From Eledone cirrhosa (Eukaryota): a DNA stretch of 64,000 bases. The notes below the pieces were generated by a model that was not told the DNA's origin, searched no databases, and saw only the letters and a list, made by a program, of their open reading frames with translations. A program made the translations under genes and the position numbers. Below are positions 54,569-64,000 of the stretch, piece by piece. The stretch is taken from assembly GCA_964016885.1 (NCBI GenBank), contig OZ024757.1, positions 30,256,001 through 30,320,000 of the forward strand, in the 5' to 3' direction. Each line of letters opens with the position of its first letter. Within the stretch, counting starts at the first letter, position 1.

Positions 54569-57500
54569 CTGGTGAAAAAGAAAGAAAAGAAAAGAAATAT
54601 ATATTAAAATATTATATTAATGATTTATAATTTAGGCACAAGGCTAGCAAATATATTATTTGGGGGTGGGTGGCTGAAGAAGGGCACAATTACCCTATTT
54701 CTCGTCCTCGAGGACGCACTCTAATTTTGACAACCAAAAATTAAAAAAAAAATAAATAAATAAACAACCTTTGGCCTCCGGGACGCAGGGTAGATTTTTG
54801 AAACTTATTTTAGGAAAAAAGTAGCGTCTTCAATTCCGGGTAATATGGTAATCCCTTAGTAGGGGTGGGTCCTGCCTGACAGCGTTTCTTAGTGTCCCAC
54901 TCTATGTGTTTCTGTCCACTAGTCTCACTTGAGCCAGGCTAAGCCTAGCTTGATCCCGACAGACATCCAAGTCCTTTTTGCTCTTCCTGGGCATCCACTG
55001 TATCCTGGATCGACATTCATCACTTTGCTGATCCAGCCCTCGCTGCACTAGACATCGTTGTACCAAAGATGATTAAATCAAACCCCAGTACTTGACTATT
55101 ATTTTATTTTATCAACCCCCAAAAGGATGAACGGCAAAGTTAACCTCGGCAGATTTGGGCAAAAGGCAAAGTCGATTAAATCAACTCCCAGTGTTTGTCA
55201 AACCCAGAAGGATAAAAGCAAAGGTGATCTTGCTGGATGTTGATATGCAACAGAACATATTTAACCCTTTAGCATTTATATAAATATAGAGTATTACCAT
55301 CATCGTTTTGCGTGGAAGAATGGACGGAAAATGGTGATGATGATGATATTACTCTATATCTACTATCATATTTTCAAAGGCTTTACTCCACATAATATCA
55401 AAGCTACGAAATTTTGCTATTAATTATTTTGAGAACAATACCTTAACATCAGCATGAGCGGCCGGTTACCGGCTGGTTTGAACAGAAAGAGGTGAGAGAA
55501 TTCTGGCCGGATACGGCCGGTTTAAATGCTAAAGGGTTAAACCTCCACCAGTACCCCCCACCCCCCAAAAAATGAAAATGTTGAGGCAATACTTACATCA
55601 CTGGGAAGTTCCACAAGTTGAAACATATCCAACATTTGTGGGAATATTCCAGAAGCTAATAACAACACTGTAGAACCAGATATTAATAAACTATACAATA
55701 GGGGTTTGTTGTCTTTTAAACCTTCCATAAATGGTTCACCCTAGTGGAGTAGAGAAGAAAAAAAAAATGATGTATATATGTATATATATATACAGTGAAA
55801 TTCATGCGGTATAAAAAATAATTTGTTGTAACGAAATATTCTTTATAACGAGATTGACCGAAACAAATCCCGGCCAAATTTACAGTCCCATTGGAGTAAG
55901 GTACAGCGTGGCCAATCCTGGCCAGACTGTCTCTCGACACGGCTGACCTGTCTGATCCATGCAAGCATGGAAAAATGGATGCTAAACGGTAATGATGACA
56001 TTGATGATGGTATATAATAAATGCTGATAACAGAGAGGCAACTAATTACAAGCTCGTTTAATTATACTGGATGGTGGAAATGAGAGCAATGATGTACATG
56101 CAACATATATCGCCAGACTGTAACAATTAAAGGTTTCTATGAAAGACGAGGAAAATACTTTGGTACAACTCACCGTGTAATTTACAAAGAATGTAGAAAC
56201 TTGGAGTGTTACAGAAATAATATAAACTGTCGTGTTGAGCAAATTAGGTTCGAATTTAGCTTCAAGGTCAACCTTTCGATATTCACTAAAATAACAAAAA
56301 AACATTGAATAATAATAATGATATATACATACAGTGAAGGCATAGCAAGGTGTTAAAAAGAGAAATTTCTAGTTTTGATGCCACTGCAAGGTACCATGGC
56401 ACCAGCACGTCCTCCTTACAGGGTGGACTGGGAGGTTTAGTTGTGGCTCCAGCATGACCACCTTACATGGTAGACTGGGTGCATGTTTTTGTCATGGCAC
56501 TAGCATGACCCCCTTACAAGGTGGACTGGGTGCATTTTTTTGTCATTGCACCAGCACGTCCGCTTTACAGGATGGACTGGGTGCTGTCGTGACATCAGCA
56601 CAACCACCTTTACAGGGTGGACTGGGAGGTTTTGTTGTGGCTCCAGCACAACCACCTTTCAGGGTACACATTTTTGTCTAGGCACCAGTATGACCTTACA
56701 AGGTAGACTGGGTGTATGTTTTTGTCATGGCACCACCGCATCCACTTCACAGGGTGGACTGGGTGCTGTTGTGATACCTGCACTACCACCTTACAGGGTG
56801 GACTGGGTGCATTTGTTGTGGCTCCAACACAATTACCTTACAGGGTGGACTGGGCGTTGTTGTGACACCAGCACAACCACCTTACAGGGTGGACTGGGAG
56901 GTTTTGTCATGGCACTACCACTACCACCATAGAGGGTGGACTGGGTACTGTTGTGACATCAGCACGACCACCTTACAAGGTGGACTGGGAGGTTTTGTTG
57001 TGGCATCAAAACTACCACTACCACCAAGTACATTCTAGTTTATCAAACAAGAACAGTTAACATCGTCAACATCCCATGCAAACAAATCAAGGTGTGTACT
57101 TACTCGTATCCTGAGCGAACTCTTGCATCTCTGACCAAGTACACCAGACTTGTAAAATGTATGACAAACTGACCCATCACAGTTAGGATGGTGTAGACAT
57201 TGAATATATTAGGTAATGGCCGCTCTCTTGATAACGTACGTAATGGCTAGCAGTGCAAAGAAGAAACAGAATCATTTATTAAATTTGAGAAGTTGTATTT
57301 AAAAATAGAGAGTAAAAAAAAAACTCAGAACTAATGTATATAGAATGGGAATGGGGGTATCTAGGGTACCTTAACCACTTCACTTCCATGATATAACTCG
57401 CCCTAACATGTTTGAACTCATTTCCAACAGTTCATAATTTCAGAGTCATGAACTCGTTTCCAACAGTTCACAATTTCAAAGTCATGAACTCGTTTCCAAC

Positions 57501-60500
57501 AGTTCATAACTTCAAAGTCATGAACTCGTTTCCAACAGTTCATAATTTCAGAGTCATGAACTTGTTTCCAACAGTTCATAATTTCAAAGTCATGAACTCG
57601 TTTCCAACAGTTCATAACTTCAAAGTCATGAACTCGTTTCCAACAGTTCATAACTTCAAAGTCATGAACTCGTTTCCAACAGTTCATAATTTCAGAGTCA
57701 TGAACTTGTTTCCAACAGTTCATAACTTCAAAGTCATGAACTCGTTTCCAACAGTTCATAATTTCAAAGTTAGATGGGTTTACTAGTTTATTGATGTGAT
57801 GTTTCTCAATCAAAATAGACATTTTACTGATAAAAACCCGGCACAGTAAAATATACACGGCAGTCAACAGGTTAACCCTTTAGCATTCACATTACTCTAT
57901 ATTTACTATTGTATTTTCATGGCAAATGCTTTACCTCATATAATTATCTCACATAATATCAAATCTATGAGATTTTGATATTATTTATTTTGAGAATACC
58001 TTAACATCAGTATGAGTAGCAAGTTATGGCTGGTTTCAACAGAAAGAGGTGAGAGAATTCTGGCCAGAGAGTTGGTTTAAATGCTAAAGGGTTAATGTTG
58101 ATGGTGGTTTCTAATTTAGGCACAAGGCTAACAATTTTTGGGGAGGGAAAAGTCGATTAAATCAACCCCAGTGTGTTACTGGTACTTTATTACATTGACC
58201 CCATTTAGATGAAAGGCAAAGCTAACCATGGCAAGATTTGAACTTAGAACACTAAAGGCCATAACTCTATGCCACAAAGCATGTCTGACACTCTACTGAT
58301 TCTGCCAATCCACCAATAAAAATAATAATAATTGTCTCTGATTTAGGCACAAGGAAGACAATTTTGAGGGAGCAAAAAGCTGATTAAATCAACCCCAGTA
58401 CATTACTGATACTTTGTTTAATTGACCCTGTAAGGATGAAAGGCAAAGCTAACTTTGGTGAGATTTGAACTCAGAACGTAACGGGCCGTAACTCTATAAT
58501 AATCATTTCAGGCAGACACGGACAACCTTTTTTAAGCAGTGGGCTGCATAGGATGTGGCTCTTCTTAAGGTAGGTCACACTATTAAAAAATTCAATGCAA
58601 TTTTGAAATTAAGTGTGCCATTCAGAAAGCCAAATGGGGCATCAGTTTGCCCATGACTGGCTTAAGGTCTATTTTCCATGCTTTTGTGGTTTCTACGGCT
58701 GGATGCCCTTCCTATCCTCTTCCGCACCAACAAAACAAAAACTTACCTTTGATCTGGAATTAAATAGAAAACAACCAGCTAATAACAGTCCCTGTATTGT
58801 CTGTTGACTGTCACTGAACTTCACACCATCCAAGTAGAGAACGCTCTGACTGTAGGCCAGGATCAAAGCACTGAGCGCTAAAATCTTGAACATCTGCAAT
58901 GTTGTAACTAGTGTACAACGGCCTTGTTTGATTATATGACAAACTAAATGAACAAAACAAAATAAATTAACTATTAACATCCTGCAATGATTTAGTAGAA
59001 ATATATCTAAAAATGGGTGTGTTAATTCAAATGTTTATAGTAACTTTACGATAGATTGTGAAAATTTGCAGTGTTAACTCTTAAAATACTGTAATAATTT
59101 AGCAGAAAATATCTAAAAAATGGCTTTGTTAATTCAAATGTTTATAGTGTCTTATCTAGTAAACAAAATGTTGTGAAAATTTGCATTAACTCTTAACATC
59201 CTGTAATAATTTAGCAGAAAATCTCTAAAAATGTTTGTTAATTCAAAATGTTTATAGTATCTTAATTGGAGGACAGATTGTGAAAATTTGCAGTATTATC
59301 TCTTAATATCATGTAATAATTTAGCAGAAAATATCTAAAAACGGGTTTGTTAATTCAAATGCATATAAATCAAAAAAAAAAAAAAGAACAAGGAACTCCA
59401 ACAGAATTGGTTAATTAAAGTTAAGTTCAAATTTACTTACCAGACATAGCAGACGATACTTTAGAACTAAATGGAGCAGCAATACTAGCGTCACCTAACC
59501 GAACAACCTGAGCCTTTTCTTCTTCTTCCATTTGTTTCAGGATATTTGCTATTTTTTTCTAAATAGAAATATATTGAAGATTTGTATATTTAATAATACA
59601 AACAGAAAAACCACCCTTCTGGTGGTTTTCTGCTAGCATGTGTAATGTGTATATTGATATTATACGCATTATATACATGCATGTAGATATGATACATCAA
59701 ATAATATCCTAACTGACAATATGCACAGAAAATTAAGAGAGAGTCTATGTTAGTAATCCATGATATATTTAAAGAAGACGATATTATATATAAACTGCAT
59801 TACAGTGAAATGTAATGAAAACGAAGGAGAAAATTAGGGACAGAAATATAAACATTATGATATAACAATGCAAATATATGAACGTTTATATAAGTGATAT
59901 AATATAGCGTCTGTTATATCATAACCATAAGTATTGACATTTAAAAATTTTAAAATAAGCAATCATTATATATAAGAATCATCATCATCATCATCACCAT
60001 TTTACGTCCGTTCTTCCATGCTAGCATGGGTTAGACGGGTTGTCCTGTTGTGGGTAGTGTCTGGTCGGCTGACCATGCCTTGCTCATACAGGAACTGATT
60101 TTGGCTTGGTTTCTAAAGCTGGATCATCATCATCATCATTTCATCATTTCATTTTACGTCCGCTTTTCCTTGCTTGCAAGGGTGGGACGGGAACTGATTC
60201 TGGCTTGATTTCTACAGCTGGATGCCCTTCCTAACACCAACCTCATTTACAGTGAGTGCTGGGTGCTTTTTTGCCGTGGCACCTACACGACCACTTTTGC
60301 AGTGGAATGATAAGGACCTCAGTCCCTATCATCTCATTTCTACAGCTGAGTAAACTGGAGCAATGTGAAATAAAGTGTCTTGCTCAAGGAAACAACACAC
60401 CACCCGGTCTGAGAATTGAACTCACAACCTTTCGATTGCAAGGCCAATGCTCTAACCACTAAGCCATGTGCCCTTCCTAACACCAACCTCATTTACAGTG

Positions 60501-63500
60501 AGTGCTGGGTGTTTTTTTGCCGTGGCACCTCCACGACCACTTTACAGTGGGAGGATGTGGGGGCATATCGTCTATATGCTTCATCTTGTACCCATGGGAG
60601 GTCGGGTACTCTGTATTACTGCGTGACGCCAGAGGTGAGAGGTGTAATTGGGTCAGGTCGGCTTTTATCACCTCATCCCAGGTCTTCTTGGTCTCCCCAA
60701 CAGCTATGAAATTTAGTACATAAATTATGTAATATTCATTCATTATTTATTCAAAGTAATCCGACTTATTTTACTAACGGGATAAAAATAATATATTCAG
60801 GATGCAGTCCTGCACTCCTTTCTTTATTATATCATGATACCAAGTACAGTGAAATTCTGTTATAATGAAATTCACAGGGTATAAAAAAACATTCGTTGTA
60901 ACGAAAAATTCCTTATAGCGGGATCGACTGAAACAATTTGAACGTTTACTTATTACCTTGGGGATTGAGAAAAATTGCGTTATACTGAAAAATTTGTTAT
61001 AATGGAATTTCATTGTATTTAATAATATACCCGTCCCACCCTTGCAAGCAGGGAAAAGCAGACGTAAAATGATGATCATGATGACCAGTATATGACTGAC
61101 TGAATACACATTTGCTTATCCTCTATCCTTCTATTCTTCATTCTATCTGCCACAAACACCAACACCACAATTGCCACCACCGCTACAATCACCACCACCA
61201 TAATCACCACCATAATTACCACCACGACCAACACAATCGCCACCACCACAACAAACAACAGCATCAACATCACTCAATGCTGCAGCAAAAATATTATTCA
61301 TTTTAGTAGAGCTAATATGAAGCATTGTGACATATGTAATAAAAGACCGATAAATAAAAAAAAAATGGTACAATGTAATAGAAATATACAGGGTGTCCCC
61401 AAAAATGTATACACAAAGGCTACGCATTCTCATAAATATTGGCGGTACAGGTAGTCAAAGTGTGTATACATTTTTTGGACACTCTGTATTTCTACTGCAA
61501 TGTACCAACTTTTTGAAGTTTATCCCTCTTTTATTATTCAATTTATCATGAGGAAAACCAAACTTACCTCAGGATATGCAAGATTTTCTCCTCGATTAAT
61601 TGCTCTCTGTTTGGCAATTCTACTGGTAAACTTTCCTCTTGTTTGTGGTATATGTACTCTGTCTGTTGCTGAACCTTCTGTGTTCTGTGTGAAATACCAG
61701 AGTTAAGAGTTACAATAAGATTAGTTTAACCCTATAGCATTCACATTACTCTATATATACTATTGTATTTTCACGGTAAAGGCTTTATCTCACATAATAT
61801 CGAATCTACAAGATTTTGATATTTTTTTTTAGAACAATAACATAACATCAGTATGATTAGTAAATTACTGCCGGTTTGAACAGAAAGAGGTGAGAGAATT
61901 CTGGCCGGATACGACCAGTTTAACCCTTTAACATTTACATTACTCTATATATACTATTATATTTTCACGGTAAAGGCTTTATCTCACATAATATTAAATC
62001 TACGACATTTTGATATTTCTTTTGAGAAAAATATCTTAACATCAGTATGAGTAGCAAGTTACTGCCAGTTTGAATAAAAAGAGGTGAGAGAATTCTGGCT
62101 GGATACAGCCTGTTTAAATGCTAAAGGGTTAAGAAACATATAACAAACAAAAGGAGTGTGATGTGTGGGTAACATCTACCTCACACACTCCTCTTTGAAA
62201 TGACTAGAAAATATATACTACCATCACACACTACCAACACCACTACAACTACCTGTCATGTATGATATTAACCAGTAAATTATCTTTGTCATTGCAGTCT
62301 GAAGATCTGTTCACATCAATAGAGTCATATGAAGGTAAACCTCTCAAGCTGTATGTCTACAACACAGAATCAGACAGTTGTCGTGAAGTGACCATCACCC
62401 CAAATAACCAGTGGGATAGAGAGCGAAGGTAATTATCAAAAAATCTTAACCCTTTTGATATCAAACTGCCTGAAACTGCCCTAGCTTCTACAATACAAAA
62501 CTGCTTATTTTGATGTGTATATATTTATCTACTTATTGTAATTTTATGTAAAAACCTTCTTTAAGTTATGTTCCAAACACCAGCCTAATAATGAGAAAGT
62601 CAGTTTATTAAATCCCATCAAATTTTTTATTAATCCCTTTGATACTAATCTATCTAAAACTACCCCCTGGTTCTATAATACAAAACTACTTGTTTTAAAG
62701 TGTTTATACCTATCTAAAAAGTTTCTATCATAATTTTGTATAAAAGGTTGATAACGAAAAAGTTAGTTATTTTACCAAATCCCTTCCAATTCAAGATTGA
62801 TAATTTTGATACCAAACCACCTAAAACTGCCCCTAGTTCTACAATGCAAAGTTGTTTAACCCTTTCGCATTTACATTACTCTATATATACTATTGTATTT
62901 TAATGGTAAAGGCTTTATCTCACATAATATCGAATCTAAGAGATTTTGATATTTGTTTTGAGAACAAAACCTTAATATAAGTGGCTGGTTTGAACAGAAA
63001 GAGGTGAGAGAATTCTGGCCAATTTAACCCTTTAGCATTAACTGTAATGTGGCCGTGTAGGTAACACGGTAAAGACCTCCCAGTCCACACTGTAAACGTG
63101 GTTGGTGTTAGGAAGGGCATCCAGCCGTAGAAAACCCGCCAGACAGTCCTATACGAGCAAGACAACCAATCTTGCCTCACGTGGGACAATTCCCGTCTAA
63201 ACCCATGCTAGCGTGGAAGATAGACGTTAAATGATGATGATGATTACTCTATATATACTATTGTATTTTCACTGTAAAGGCTTTACCTCACCTAATATCG
63301 AATCTACAGTCCTGATATATATATATATATTTAACTAAAACAACAAAAGGCCGGATTTGTAGATATCCCTTTAAAATTTTATTGTTGCAAAAAAAAACAC
63401 CATATCTCAATGGCATAGTTATGTAAGACCCTGGCGACATCATCAGGTCTGAATTGCACAGTTAATTAACCAATAAAAGGAATTACGGCAAATACAAACA

Positions 63501-63769
63501 GAGAAGAGAGAATATATTTGATTTGGAGCTGGCCAACGAATTTGGTGTTATTGTTGCAGCCGAATGCTTGAACATCACACATACATACATCAAGCCTGTC
63601 ATGTTTATCTTATATAATGAAATTCTCAATGAACAATAATGTAGCTGACCCCACATGATTTCCTATATAACTACAATCTAATTAGGGTCACTTACCTCTG
63701 ATTTTTTATATCTTTTCTTCTCTATTTTTTCTGGGAATCTTTCTGGGCCATTTGCTACAAGTGCAACGC
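54461..63769 (-). CDS. ATP13A1: P5A-ATPase ATP13A1, last 8 coding exons (5' part lies beyond the window)
   Basis: Join (-): 63769-63696, 61684-61568, 59558-59441, 58943-58747, 57246-57104, 56285-56174, 55740-55597, 54568-54461; GT-AG and phase-consistent. Motifs [67 protein letters not shown]. Confidence 0.94.
55597..55740 (-). CDS. ATP13A1: ATP13A1 exon
   Basis: [19 protein letters not shown]...FQLVELPSD. Confidence 0.92.
56174..56285 (-). CDS. ATP13A1: ATP13A1 exon
   Basis: [37 protein letters not shown]. Confidence 0.92.
56395..57025 (-). repeat. ~40-45 bp minisatellite derived from the SINE family B internal unit
   Basis: About 14 units of CCTTACAGGGTGGACTGGG...GGCACCAGCAC, the reverse complement of the AAAAAGCACCCAGTCCACCCTGTAAGG unit. 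Confidence 0.85.
57104..57246 (-). CDS. ATP13A1: ATP13A1 exon
   Basis: [41 protein letters not shown]. Confidence 0.94.
57414..57770. repeat. 36-bp minisatellite, ~10 near-identical copies
   Basis: Unit GAACTCGTTTCCAACAGTTCATAATTTCAAAGTCAT. Confidence 0.97.
58747..58943 (-). CDS. ATP13A1: ATP13A1 exon
   Basis: [44 protein letters not shown]...[10 protein letters not shown]. Confidence 0.95.
58972..59362. repeat. ~110-120 bp tandem repeat, ~3.5 copies
   Basis: Recurrent TAATAATTTAGCAGAAAATATCTAAAAA...GTTAATTCAAATGTTTATAG...TTGTGAAAATTTGCA. Confidence 0.85.
59441..59558 (-). CDS. ATP13A1: ATP13A1 exon
   Basis: [39 protein letters not shown]. Confidence 0.93.
61568..61684 (-). CDS. ATP13A1: ATP13A1 exon (variable loop)
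   Basis: Open phase-0 exon [10 protein letters not shown]...GENLAYPE with cacag acceptor and gtaagt donor; fills the poorly conserved loop between flanking exons. Confidence 0.78.
62298..62428 (+). pseudogene. Isolated GRASP55/65 (GORASP) exon, antisense within an ATP13A1 intron
   Basis: ttgcag|[43 protein letters not shown]|gtaatt matches the GRASP PDZ2 segment (..[23 protein letters not shown]), with WGGEG changed to WDRER. Confidence 0.8.
63696..63769 (-). CDS. ATP13A1: ATP13A1 exon
   Basis: [25 protein letters not shown]; cacag acceptor, gtaagt donor. Confidence 0.9.
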
Positions 63770-64000
63770 CTGTGATAAGAAAATATTAAATAAGAAAAAA
63801 TTTATTATAATGGTTTCTGATTTAGGCACAAGACTAACTATTTTGGGGAGAGGGGAAAGTCGATTAAATCAGCCCCTGTGCATTACTGGTGCTTTATTTT
63901 ATCGACCCTGTAAGGATGAAAGGCAAAGCTAACCTCGGTGGGATTTGAACTCAGAACGTAAACGCCTTCACAAACAATCTATAGAGATACCATCAATAAG

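Noticed and set aside
57412-57867. Repeat-protein ORFs on both strands, or a CRISPR-like array with 36-bp period
   Set aside because: Contiguous 36-bp tandem units without unique spacers, intronic and eukaryotic; a unit length divisible by 3 explains the ORFs.

Overview
AT-rich, repeat-dense metazoan genomic DNA. The SINE/MITE repertoire and huge (TA)n tracts suggest an octopus/cephalopod (inference). Genes read by hand: a complete 11-coding-exon QTRT2 (-, 6144-15303, ~402 aa) with a U12-type (minor spliceosome) intron; an intronless MRPL30 (+, 17013-17690) head-to-head with it; three intronless histone H1 genes (-), each with a 3' histone stem-loop and no core histones nearby, one of them a short, wing-altered variant; and the last 8 coding exons of the P5A-ATPase ATP13A1 (-, 54461-63769). 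One ATP13A1 intron carries a lone, mutated GRASP55/65 (GORASP) exon on the opposite strand. The rest is CR1 and RTE LINE fragments, tRNA-derived SINEs, piggyBac-, Tc1/mariner/pogo- and hAT-type MITEs, minisatellites, microsatellites and a 200-N gap. The most unusual non-coding signal is a set of type I hammerhead-ribozyme motifs (best at 48130-48200 and 49363-49398; others near 40442, 40715, 10447) in short (TA)n-embedded, Penelope-like elements, several of which have become foldback palindromes centred on the hammerhead core. All calls are by eye; no database search was run.
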